A stretch of DNA of 64,000 nt. Origin: Patescibacteria group bacterium. GTDB lineage: Bacteria > Patescibacteriota > Patescibacteriia > UBA2591 > UBA4787. Positions 20,646 through 28,728 of the stretch are shown here, piece by piece. Positions within the stretch are counted from its first letter, which is position 1; every line of letters starts with the position of its first letter. The notes beneath the pieces were generated by a model. That model did no database searches, was not told the origin of the DNA, and saw nothing but the letters and a program-made list of their open reading frames with translations. The stretch is taken from positions 385,746 through 449,745 of the forward strand of contig JAQUSN010000001.1 in the NCBI GenBank assembly GCA_028715115.1, given 5' to 3'. Made by a program: the position numbers and the translations under genes.

Positions 20646-21197
20646 ATGTCTCGTTTAGGTAAAAAACCAATCGCCATCATTAATAACGCTCAAGTTAAAA
20701 TTGAAGGCGGAGAAATAATCGTTAAGGGTCCGAAAGGAGAATTAAAATTAAATATTCATCCGGCCGTTTTGATTAAACAAGAGGGAGAAAACTTGGACAT
20801 TAAGGTTAAAAACGAAAATGACAAAAAACAATTAGCTCTTTGGGGCACTTATGTTAGATTGATTAAAAACATGATGCAAGGAGTAACGATCGGTTTTGAT
20901 AAAAAGCTGCAATTAATCGGTGTCGGTTTTCGCGCTCAAGTTACTGGACAAAAATTGATTTTAAATATTGGCTTTTCTCATCAAGTTGAGTATGAATTTC
21001 CTAAAAATATTACAATCAGCGTGGAAAAAGACATTATCACTATTTTTGGCGCTGATAAACAATTAGTAGGAGAAATTGCCGCTCAGATTAGAAAAATTAA
21101 AAAACCAGAGCCCTATAAAGGTTCGGGTATTCGATATTTTGGCGAAGTCGTCAAAAAGAAAGCCGGCAAGAAGGCGGTGGCTAGCGGCGGCGCTTAA
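20646..21197 (+). CDS. rplF: 50S ribosomal protein L6
   Basis: MSRLGKKPI and KPEPYKGSGIRY motifs. Confidence 0.98.
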   Translation: MSRLGKKPIAIINNAQVKIEGGEIIVKGPKGELKLNIHPAVLIKQEGENLDIKVKNENDKKQLALWGTYVRLIKNMMQGVTIGFDKKLQLIGVGFRAQVTGQKLILNIGFSHQVEYEFPKNITISVEKDIITIFGADKQLVGEIAAQIRKIKKPEPYKGSGIRYFGEVVKKKAGKKAVASGGA

Positions 21198-21217
21198 TCA
21201 ACTATAGTTAGTATTTT

Positions 21218-21577
21218 ATGAAGAGTTTATCCAAAATTAAACGAGAATCTTTAGCTCGCCGTCACAAAAGAGTTAGAGTAAAGATTAACGGAACGAAAGA
21301 GCGTCCTCGTTTATCGGTTTTTCGCAGTAATCAACATATTTACGCTCAACTTATTGATGATCAACATGGCAAAACATTAATGAGCGTGAGTGATTTGTCT
21401 TTTAAAAAAAATAAAAACAATAAATCAACCATGGCTAAACAAGTCGGCCAGTTAATTGCCGCTAAGGCGCTGGAAAGCAAGATAAGTCAAGTTGTTTTTG
21501 ATCGCGGCGGTTATCAATATCACGGCCGCATTAAGCAATTGGCTGAAGGCGCCCGTGAAGGCGGTTTAAAATTTTAA
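21218..21577 (+). CDS. rplR: 50S ribosomal protein L18
   Basis: [10 protein letters not shown] and [12 protein letters not shown] motifs. Confidence 0.98.
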   Translation: MKSLSKIKRESLARRHKRVRVKINGTKERPRLSVFRSNQHIYAQLIDDQHGKTLMSVSDLSFKKNKNNKSTMAKQVGQLIAAKALESKISQVVFDRGGYQYHGRIKQLAEGAREGGLKF

Positions 21578-21604
21578 TTAAATTATTAGATAATTTTTAT
21601 TAAT

Positions 21605-22087
21605 ATGATTGAGAAAAAACGTCGAAGAAGAGAAGGGCCTGAAGCGGGAGGAGAAAAGGAATTTGATCAAAGATTATTAGACTTAGCCCGCGTTACGCGC
21701 GTGACAGCTGGCGGAAAACAACTTCGTTTTCGTGCCTGTGTTGCCATTGGCGACAAAAAAGGTAGAGTCGGCATAGGTACCTCTAAGGGTCCGGACGTTT
21801 CAACTGCTATTGAAAAAGCTGTTCGTCAAGCCAAAAAAAATGTTATTAATGTTTCTATTGTTAATGAAACCATTCCTCATTGGGTAAAAGAAAAATATGG
21901 CGCAGCTTCTATCTTGCTTCGACCGGCCGGTCGCGGCAAAGGCATTATTGCCGGTAGCGTAATTCGTATTATTACTGAATTAGCCGGTATTTCTAATATT
22001 ACGGCAAAAATATTAGGGTCAAATAACAAGATTGCTAATGCCAAAGCAACAATTAATGCTTTACTAAAACTTAAAAAAATGGTTTAG
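21605..22087 (+). CDS. rpsE: 30S ribosomal protein S5
   Basis: RVTRVTAGGK and LRPAGRGKGIIAG motifs. Confidence 0.98.
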   Translation: MIEKKRRRREGPEAGGEKEFDQRLLDLARVTRVTAGGKQLRFRACVAIGDKKGRVGIGTSKGPDVSTAIEKAVRQAKKNVINVSIVNETIPHWVKEKYGAASILLRPAGRGKGIIAGSVIRIITELAGISNITAKILGSNNKIANAKATINALLKLKKMV

Positions 22088-22093
22088 TTTATT

Positions 22094-22317
22094 TATGCCC
22101 AGTAACAAAACTTCACCAGCCCGCTAGGGCGGTCTGAAAGTTCCGTTTTTGGGCTCACTCCAATAAATTAAAAAAAATTTCATCTTCAAGCATAATAGTT
22201 TAAAGATGCCAACCGTAATTAAAATTATATTAACTTGTATTTTTAATCAATTTATTTTATTTCACCTTGACGCCTAATAATTTGGCATCTTTGTGAAGTT
22301 ATTGTTACCTGGGTATG
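22094..22317 (+). repeat. ~224-bp structured repeat element (family A, copy 1), ending on the rplO AUG
   Basis: Terminal IR TATGCCCAGTAACAAAACTTCAC / GTGAAGTTATTGTTACCTGGGTATG and inner AAAGATGCCAA/TTGGCATCTTT. Second copy at 53976. Confidence 0.85.
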
Positions 22318-22779
22318 ATTAATTTATCTAATTTGAAAAAATATTCCGGACAAAAGAAAAAAGCCAAACGATTAGGCCGAGGCACTTCTTCTGGTCAAGG
22401 CACTTATTCTGGCAAAGGACAGAAAGGGCAACGATCTCGCAGTGGCGGTCGCCGCGGATTGAAGCTCAGGGGCATTCGTTTGGTGATTAAGAGATTTCCT
22501 AAAAATGGTGGTTTTCGCAGTTTAAGAAAACGTTTAGTTGTCATCAACTTAAAAACCATTGAAAATAAATTCTCCAGCGGTGATTTGGTTAACGCAGAAA
22601 AATTATTTAAATTAGGACTGATTAATTCACCTAAGGAAAAAATAAAAGTTTTAGGTTCTGGTAAATTAACTAAAAAATTTATTATTATTGCCAATGCTTT
22701 CTCTGCCCTGGCAAAAGAATCTATTATCAAAGCCGGAGGAGAGGTAAAGCTTGTCGAGAGAGTGAACTCAAGGAAATAA
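22315..22779 (+). CDS. rplO: 50S ribosomal protein L15
   Basis: RLGRGTSSGQG...KGQRSRSG and KVLGSG motifs. Confidence 0.97.
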   Translation: MINLSNLKKYSGQKKKAKRLGRGTSSGQGTYSGKGQKGQRSRSGGRRGLKLRGIRLVIKRFPKNGGFRSLRKRLVVINLKTIENKFSSGDLVNAEKLFKLGLINSPKEKIKVLGSGKLTKKFIIIANAFSALAKESIIKAGGEVKLVERVNSRK

Positions 22780-22827
22780 AATTCAAATAAAACATCGTTG
22801 TTCTAATTGTTCAATGTTTATACTTTT

Positions 22828-22950
22828 ATGAAGAATCCTTTTTCCAAGATGCAGTTAATGGCGCCCAAACATATCGTTTTAATAATCATAATCGTTATTT
22901 TGGTTGTTGCTACTTTATTGCTTCAAAAGATCGGTTTATTTGTACATTAA
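22828..22950 (+). CDS. Putative 40-aa single-TM small protein
   Basis: Manual translation MKNPFSKMQLMAPKHIVLIIIIVILVVATLLLQKIGLFVH. T-rich start context like neighbouring genes. Confidence 0.45.
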   Translation: MKNPFSKMQLMAPKHIVLIIIIVILVVATLLLQKIGLFVH

Positions 22951-22989
22951 ACGAGCAATAATATTTGAAAAAATTATTTAGCTATTTTT

Positions 22990-24258
22990 ATGTGGAAAAA
23001 AATCAGAGAAATTTGGCAATTTAAGGATTTACGTAACAATATTTTGTTTGTTGTGGCTATGTTGATAATTTTTCGCGTAGCCGCTCATATTCCCATACCG
23101 GGCATTAATCTTGCCGCTTTAAATGATTTATTCGCCAGAAACCAGATTTTAGGACTAGTTAACGTTCTGTCTGGTGGAGCTATGGCGAATTTTTCTGTTA
23201 TTGCCATGGGTGTCGGTCCTTACATTACTGCATCGATTATTATGCAACTTTTAACCATGATTATCCCCAAGCTCGAAGAACTTTCCAAAGAGGGCTCAAG
23301 TGGCCATCAAAAAATAAATCAATATTCGCGTATTTTAACTGTTCCTTTGGCCATGATTCAGTCATACAGTATGATTAGGCTGTTTAATAGTTCTGGCCAG
23401 ATTTTTACCAACTTTACGCCAATGAGTATTATAACTACTATTATAGTTATGACTGGTGGCACGGTTTTTTTGATGTGGCTGGGTGAATTGATTTCAGAAA
23501 AGAAAGTTGGTAACGGCATTTCGCTCATTATCTTTGCTGGTATCGTGGAAAGGATTCCGTCATCTTTGCAACATTTTATTGTTACTTTTACCACCACTCA
23601 ATTAACCAGCTTATTAGTTTTCGTAGTTTTAGGCGTAATAACCATTGCTGGCGTAGTTTTGTTGACCGAGGGTCAACGCAATATCCCAGTTTCTTTTGCT
23701 CGCCGAATTCGCGGAAATAAAATGTATGGTGGCACAGATACATATTTGCCGGTTAGAGTAAATCAGGCCGGAATGATCCCGATTATTTTCGCCATTTCTA
23801 TAGTTCTGTTGCCATCTTTGGCTGGTCAATTTATGCAGCGTTCTGCGATTGGTTGGGTGGCGAGCCTGGGCGGTCATTTTATTACTATTTTTCAAAATCA
23901 AATAGTTTACGGCATTGTTTATTTTGTTTTGGTTGTGGCTTTTACCTATTTTTATACCACTATTGTTTTCCATCCTCGTCAAATCGCAGAAAATTTGCAA
24001 AAGCAGGGTGGCTTTGTGCCCGGTATTCGTCCCGGAGAATCGACCGTAACTTTTTTGGGCCAAGTGAGTAATCGTATTATGTTAGCCGGCGCTTTGTCAT
24101 TAGGCATAATCGCCGTCTTGCCCCTAATTACGCAAGGTGCTTTAAAGGTTTCCGCTTTTACCGTTGGCGGTGCTAGTTTGTTAATCGTCGTCAGTGTTGT
24201 TCTAGAAACCATGAAACAGATTGAATCACAACTTGCTATGCGTGAATACGAAGCATAA
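22990..24258 (+). CDS. secY: Preprotein translocase subunit SecY
   Basis: MGVGPYITASII, GNGISLIIFAGI, PGIRPG and GGASLLIVV motifs. Confidence 0.99.
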   Translation: MWKKIREIWQFKDLRNNILFVVAMLIIFRVAAHIPIPGINLAALNDLFARNQILGLVNVLSGGAMANFSVIAMGVGPYITASIIMQLLTMIIPKLEELSKEGSSGHQKINQYSRILTVPLAMIQSYSMIRLFNSSGQIFTNFTPMSIITTIIVMTGGTVFLMWLGELISEKKVGNGISLIIFAGIVERIPSSLQHFIVTFTTTQLTSLLVFVVLGVITIAGVVLLTEGQRNIPVSFARRIRGNKMYGGTDTYLPVRVNQAGMIPIIFAISIVLLPSLAGQFMQRSAIGWVASLGGHFITIFQNQIVYGIVYFVLVVAFTYFYTTIVFHPRQIAENLQKQGGFVPGIRPGESTVTFLGQVSNRIMLAGALSLGIIAVLPLITQGALKVSAFTVGGASLLIVVSVVLETMKQIESQLAMREYEA

Positions 24259-24268
24259 TTTTGATAAT

Positions 24269-24949
24269 ATGAATGAGCAAGAAAAGCAAAAAATCGGCAA
24301 ATTAAAAATAGCTTTTATCGGTCGCCCGGGAACAGGTAAGGGAACGCAGACCGAAATTTTACATCAAGAAACTGGTTTAGTTCTTATTCCTTCGCCAGGA
24401 GACATTTATCGCGATCCGGAATTTCGCAAAACTCCACTCGGTAAAGAAATAGGCGAAGGGGTTGATAAGGGCATTTTTGCGCCCAACGAAGTAACCAACC
24501 AAATAATGAAAGATAAAATATCCGCCTTGACCAATAATAATCAGGTGGGTTTTATTTCTGAAGGTTATCCGCGCACTTTACCGCAGGCTGAATTTGCCGA
24601 GAAAGAAATTGGCATTAATTGGATGATTAATCTTGAGGTGCCGGAGAGTCGATTAATGGAAAGGTTGTCTCGGCGCCGAGTTTGCCCAAAATGTAAAACC
24701 AACTTTAATTTTGCCACCAATCCGCCCAAAAACGGCAATTTATGCGATATTTGCCAGGTTGAATTAGTCCTAAGAGATGACGATAAGTTAGAAAATATTA
24801 AACATAGATTTGTTGTTTATCACGAGACTGCCGAACCGACCATTGAATTTTATCGCCAGAGGAATAAAATTATTGATATTAATGGCGATCGTCCAGTAGA
24901 AGATGTGGCGAAAAGCGTACTTGAATCCTTGTTGAATAAAATAAATTAA
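24269..24949 (+). CDS. adk: Adenylate kinase
   Basis: GRPGTGKGTQ, EGYPRT and Zn lid CPKC...CDIC, after secY. ATG at 24269. Confidence 0.9.
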   Translation: MNEQEKQKIGKLKIAFIGRPGTGKGTQTEILHQETGLVLIPSPGDIYRDPEFRKTPLGKEIGEGVDKGIFAPNEVTNQIMKDKISALTNNNQVGFISEGYPRTLPQAEFAEKEIGINWMINLEVPESRLMERLSRRRVCPKCKTNFNFATNPPKNGNLCDICQVELVLRDDDKLENIKHRFVVYHETAEPTIEFYRQRNKIIDINGDRPVEDVAKSVLESLLNKIN

Positions 24950-25067
24950 TATTTGAGTATCCTATCCGGGGATGTATAATAGGTTACCCTTCCTAACGTC
25001 GGGGTACTCAAATTTGTAAGAACTTTACTTCGCTATAAGATAGTTCGTAAATTTCAACAAATTTGGT

Positions 25068-25829
25068 ATGATTTCTATCAAAACCAAAGAAGAAATAAAA
25101 ACGATGCGCCAGGCCGCTAGGCACCTGGCGCAAGTTTTAGATTTGGTGGTTAGGGCGGTTAAGCCAGACGTTTCCACTTGGGAACTCGATCAATTAGCCG
25201 AACAACTAATTTTAAATTTGGGCGCCGAGCCGGCGTTTAAAGATTATTGTCCAGATAATCGTTCCGGCTATCCGGCGACACTTTGCGTTTCTATTAATCA
25301 AGAAGTAGTTCATGGCATTCCTAAAAAGGATAGAATCATTAAGGAAGGCGACGTTGTCGGCATTGATTGCGGTGTAAAATTAAATGGTTATTATTCTGAT
25401 ATGGCCATTACGGTTGGAGTAGGTAAGATTAAATCGGAATATAAAAAGTTATTAGATGTGACTAAAAAATCTTTGGAACTCGGGATTAAAAAAGTAAAAG
25501 AAGGAGTTTACCTTGGAGACGTTTCGTCAACCATACAAAATTACATAGAAAAAAATGGTTTTAGCGTAGTTAGAAATTTATGCGGACATGGCATTGGTAG
25601 AAATCTTCATGAAGAACCGAGCATCTTTAATTTTGGCAAACCAAAAACAGGTCCGATTTTAAAAGCTGGTATGACTTTGGCGATTGAGCCGATGGTTAAT
25701 CTCGGTGATTTCAAGGTTAAAACGGCTGACGACGGTTGGACCATTGAAACGGTTGACGGTAAATATTCGGCCCACTTCGAGCACACTGTTTTAGTGACTA
25801 AAAACGGCGCAGAAATTTTGACAAAATAA
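25068..25829 (+). CDS. map: Methionine aminopeptidase type I
   Basis: VVHGIP, GHGIG, AIEPM and SAHFEHT motifs. Confidence 0.97.
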   Translation: MISIKTKEEIKTMRQAARHLAQVLDLVVRAVKPDVSTWELDQLAEQLILNLGAEPAFKDYCPDNRSGYPATLCVSINQEVVHGIPKKDRIIKEGDVVGIDCGVKLNGYYSDMAITVGVGKIKSEYKKLLDVTKKSLELGIKKVKEGVYLGDVSSTIQNYIEKNGFSVVRNLCGHGIGRNLHEEPSIFNFGKPKTGPILKAGMTLAIEPMVNLGDFKVKTADDGWTIETVDGKYSAHFEHTVLVTKNGAEILTK

Positions 25830-25845
25830 AATTTTGTGTTATAAT
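25818..25845 (+). promoter_or_regulatory. Sigma70-type promoter for the tRNA-Met pair
   Basis: TTGACA-N16-TATAAT with TGn. Confidence 0.78.
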
Positions 25846-25857
25846 ATTTATATAGAT

Positions 25858-25934
25858 CGCGGGGTAGAGCAGCCCGGCAGCTCGCCAGGCCCATAACCTG
25901 GAGGTCGTGGGTTCAAATCCCACCCCCGCAACCA
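25858..25934 (+). tRNA. Initiator tRNA-fMet(CAT)
   Basis: CGCGGGG start, C1-A72 mismatch, CAT anticodon, TTCAAAT T-loop and encoded ACCA. Confidence 0.92.
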
Positions 25935-25951
25935 ATTTTAATTTAAGCTGT

Positions 25952-26023
25952 GGCAGGGTAGCTCAGTGGTAGAGCACACGCTTCATAAGCGTGTCGTCGT
26001 GGGTTCGATCCCCACCCCTGCTA
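25952..26023 (+). tRNA. tRNA with CAT anticodon (elongator Met or Ile2), CCA not encoded
   Basis: GGCAGGG/CCCTGCT acceptor and CACGC-TTCATAA-GCGTG anticodon arm. Confidence 0.88.
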
Positions 26024-26025
26024 TA

Positions 26026-26056
26026 GAAAAAGTCGCCCTATTCGGGTGACTTTTTC
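26026..26056. terminator. Bidirectional terminator between convergent tRNA genes
   Basis: GAAAAAGTCGCCC-TATTC-GGGTGACTTTTTC. Confidence 0.8.
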
Positions 26057-26072
26057 GTATACTTAAATTTTA

Positions 26073-26319
26073 TGGTGCCGCTGGTGGGAGTCGAACCCAC
26101 AATTCCGTAAGGAAACACGATTTTGAGTTCCGCCAGTTGGCGGACAGGCGTGCTTTAATGGTGGGCATGGAGGGAGTTGAACCCTCAAGGTCGTAAGACC
26201 ATACGATTTTGAGTCGTACGCGTATGCCAGTTCCGCCACATGCCCACATTGATTCTTCAGTATGCCAGCTTGCCCCGTAAAACAGCAGCTGTTTTTATTT
26301 GGGGTTCCGCCACAGCGGC
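26073..26319 (-). pseudogene. Interrupted tRNA-Leu(CAA) shell enclosing the intact tRNA-Leu(CAA)
   Basis: Minus strand GCCGCTGTGGCGGAA | CTGGCATAC | GCACG | ACTCAAAATCGTG...GTGGGTTCGACTCCCACCAGCGGCACCA, split by three insertions. Confidence 0.85.
26159..26245 (-). tRNA. tRNA-Leu(CAA)
   Basis: GGGCATG/CATGCCC acceptor, TACGA-CTCAAAA-TCGTA anticodon arm, long variable arm and ACCA. Confidence 0.94.
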
Positions 26320-26340
26320 CTATTTATGGGCAGATATTTC

Positions 26341-26389
26341 ATTATAGATTAAAAATTTTCCTTGTCAAGTCGCTATTTTGTATTATAAT
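26341..26389. promoter_or_regulatory. Divergent promoters with overlapping -35 boxes (tRNA-Leu on minus, parA on plus)
   Basis: Minus strand TTGACA(26368-26363)-N16-TATAAT(26346-26341). Plus strand TTGTCA(26362)-N16-TATAAT(26384). Confidence 0.72.
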
Positions 26390-26397
26390 TTAACCAT

Positions 26398-27150
26398 ATG
26401 ATTATCTCGGTTGTGAATCAGAAAGGAGGGGTGGGTAAGACCACCACGGTTATAAATTTAGCTGCGGCTGTTGCTGATTTTGGTAAACGAGTCTTACTGG
26501 TTGATCTTGATCCGCAAGGCAATAGCAGCTCGGGTTTAGGCGTCGAAGATCGCACCAAGGGAATTTACGAGCTTTTGAGCGAGCAAATTCCGGCTCATGA
26601 AGGTATTAAGCAGGTCAAAGAAAATCTTTTTGTCATTCCGGCTAATCAGAATCTGGCTGGAGCAAATATCGAATTAGTTAATCTGCCAGATCGGGAAAAA
26701 TTTTTAACGAAGACTTTAAATAATTTACCGGAAAAATTTGATTATATTTTTATTGACAATCCGCCCTCACTCGGGCTTTTAACGGTTAATAGTTTAGTCG
26801 CGGCCGACAAAGTTCTTATTCCGGTTCAAGCAGAATATTACGCGCTTGAGGGGTTGGGTCAACTTTTAAATACGGTTGATTTAATTAAACAAAGCCTTCG
26901 GCCCGACCTGAGAATTTTAGGGGCGATTGTCACTATGTATGACGAGAAGATTGACCTGGCGCGCGAAGTTTGGCATGAACTTTATAAAAGTTTTCCGTAT
27001 AAAATTTTTCGCACCGTTATCCCGCGCGACATAAAATTAGCCGAAGCGCCAAGCTTTGGTAAAAACATTTTACAATATGCGCCCAAATCAAAAAGCGCCA
27101 AGGCTTACCAAAGATTAGCCAAAGAATTTTTACATCATCACGAAAAATAA
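26398..27150 (+). CDS. parA: ParA/Soj ATPase
   Basis: NQKGGVGKTTT, DLDPQGN, QAEYYALEG and LAEAPSFG motifs. Confidence 0.96.
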   Translation: MIISVVNQKGGVGKTTTVINLAAAVADFGKRVLLVDLDPQGNSSSGLGVEDRTKGIYELLSEQIPAHEGIKQVKENLFVIPANQNLAGANIELVNLPDREKFLTKTLNNLPEKFDYIFIDNPPSLGLLTVNSLVAADKVLIPVQAEYYALEGLGQLLNTVDLIKQSLRPDLRILGAIVTMYDEKIDLAREVWHELYKSFPYKIFRTVIPRDIKLAEAPSFGKNILQYAPKSKSAKAYQRLAKEFLHHHEK

Positions 27151-27168
27151 AATTTATTTAATATTTTT

Positions 27169-28041
27169 ATGTCATTAGGAAGGGGGCTGGGAGCTTTGAT
27201 TCCCACTTCAACCGGACAAGTTCCGCAACAAATCGTTCAGAAAATCACCCAAGAAACATTACAACAAACCGGTGAGCAGATTTTTAATATTCCTTTAAAT
27301 CAGATTGAAGCTAATCCTAATCAGCCGCGTAAAATTTTTTCTCGTCTGGAGATGGAAGAATTAGCCAATTCCATTCGCGAATATGGCATTATTCAGCCGT
27401 TAATTTTAACAAAAACCGCTTTTGATAAATATGAGATCGTGGCCGGCGAACGCAGATGGCGGGCAGCTCAAATTTTAGAACTTAAAACCGTGCCCGCTAT
27501 TGTGCGTACTATGGGAGAAATGGAAAAGTTCGAAATTTCTCTTTTGGAGAACATTCAACGCCAGGACCTAAACCCCATGGAGCGCTCCAGGGCTTATCAG
27601 CGCCTAACTGATGAGTTTGGCTTAAATCAAGAACAAATTGCTATAAAATTAGGGAAGGCCAGGGCTACCATTGCCAACACCTTACGTCTTCTAATCTTGC
27701 CGGAATCAGTTCAGCAGGCGATAGAGCAAGGCCGGATTACCGAAGGTCATGCTAAGGTTTTGTTGTCATTGGAAGACGGGCAAAAACAGGAAATGTTTTT
27801 AAAAAGAATTTTGGGTCTAGGGTTGACGGTTCGTGAAACGGAAGATTTGTTGAAGGGCCAAAAGCCGAAAAAAATATACTCGTCAGACCCAGCCTTATTA
27901 GCCAAAGAAAAATCTTTGTCGACCGCCTTAAATTTAAAAGTGAAAATTAAAAAAAATCAAAAGGGCGGCAAGGTGATCATTAAATTCTATTCCGACGAAG
28001 ACCTGGATAATTTAATTGATAAGCTTGGTCAAAATGGTTAA
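27169..28041 (+). CDS. parB: ParB/Spo0J partition protein
   Basis: LGRGLGAL, NPNQPRK, AGERRWRA, ENIQRQDL motifs and HTH. Confidence 0.96.
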   Translation: MSLGRGLGALIPTSTGQVPQQIVQKITQETLQQTGEQIFNIPLNQIEANPNQPRKIFSRLEMEELANSIREYGIIQPLILTKTAFDKYEIVAGERRWRAAQILELKTVPAIVRTMGEMEKFEISLLENIQRQDLNPMERSRAYQRLTDEFGLNQEQIAIKLGKARATIANTLRLLILPESVQQAIEQGRITEGHAKVLLSLEDGQKQEMFLKRILGLGLTVRETEDLLKGQKPKKIYSSDPALLAKEKSLSTALNLKVKIKKNQKGGKVIIKFYSDEDLDNLIDKLGQNG

Positions 28042-28726
28042 TGATAATTTTAAAACTATTATCGTCGTTCCGGCCTATAATGAAGCGATAATTTTAGAGA
28101 AAGTATTATCGGAATTAGTTAATTATTTCAATCCGCAGCAAATTGTAGTAGTCGATGACGGCTCTTCAGATGAAACTTATTTGATTGCTCAAAAATTAGG
28201 CGCGCACGCCTTGCAGCACTCGATTAATCGCGGAGCAGGAGCGGCTACAAAAACCGGCATTGTTTACGCCTTTAATTACTTACAGGCCGATGCCATAGTT
28301 ACTTTTGATGCTGATGGTCAGCATGACCATCGCGATGTGCAAAATTTAATTCAACCGATAGCGGAGAGGAGGGCTGATGTAGTTATCGGTTCTCGTTTTT
28401 TAATAAAACAAGATATACCATTATTAAGAATCGTTGCCAACTGGTTGGCCAACCTTTTTACCTTTTTATTATTCGGCCTGTGGGTTTCTGATTCGCAGAC
28501 CGGCTTTAAGGCTATTTCTCGTTTGGCCTGGGATAAAATAGAGATACATGGCGATCGCTTTGAATTTTGCTCTGAAATAGTGGCGGAAATTAAAAAAAAT
28601 AAATTAAAATACGTAGAAATCCCTGTTAAAGTTTATTATTCCAAATATTCGCAATCAAAGGGGCAAAATTTTTTTGTCGGCTTTAAAACTTTAATTAGAA
28701 TAATCGTTAATTCTTTATCAAAGTAA
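28034..28726 (+). CDS. Glycosyltransferase family 2 (polyprenol-phosphate glycosyltransferase-like)
   Basis: VPAYNE, VDDGSSD, FDADGQH and DSQTGFK motifs. Confidence 0.92.
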   Translation: MVNDNFKTIIVVPAYNEAIILEKVLSELVNYFNPQQIVVVDDGSSDETYLIAQKLGAHALQHSINRGAGAATKTGIVYAFNYLQADAIVTFDADGQHDHRDVQNLIQPIAERRADVVIGSRFLIKQDIPLLRIVANWLANLFTFLLFGLWVSDSQTGFKAISRLAWDKIEIHGDRFEFCSEIVAEIKKNKLKYVEIPVKVYYSKYSQSKGQNFFVGFKTLIRIIVNSLSK

Positions 28727-28728
28727 TT

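Noticed and set aside
22088-22314. Missing rpmD (L30) as a novelty
   Set aside because: Loss of L30 is an established CPR trait; used only as a taxonomic clue.
8023-25829. Alternative genetic code (UGA=Gly, as in Gracilibacteria)
   Set aside because: Conserved genes translate full-length under code 11 and an SPF-type RF2 is present.
26073-26319. Group I/II intron or archaeal BHB intron as explanation for the split tRNAs
   Set aside because: The inserts are too short, I see no catalytic core or clear bulge-helix-bulge, and the Pro and Ser shells are degenerate. Splicing is unsupported though not excluded.
26320-28041. parS site near parAB
   Set aside because: No TGTTTCACGTGAAACA-like palindrome seen by eye.
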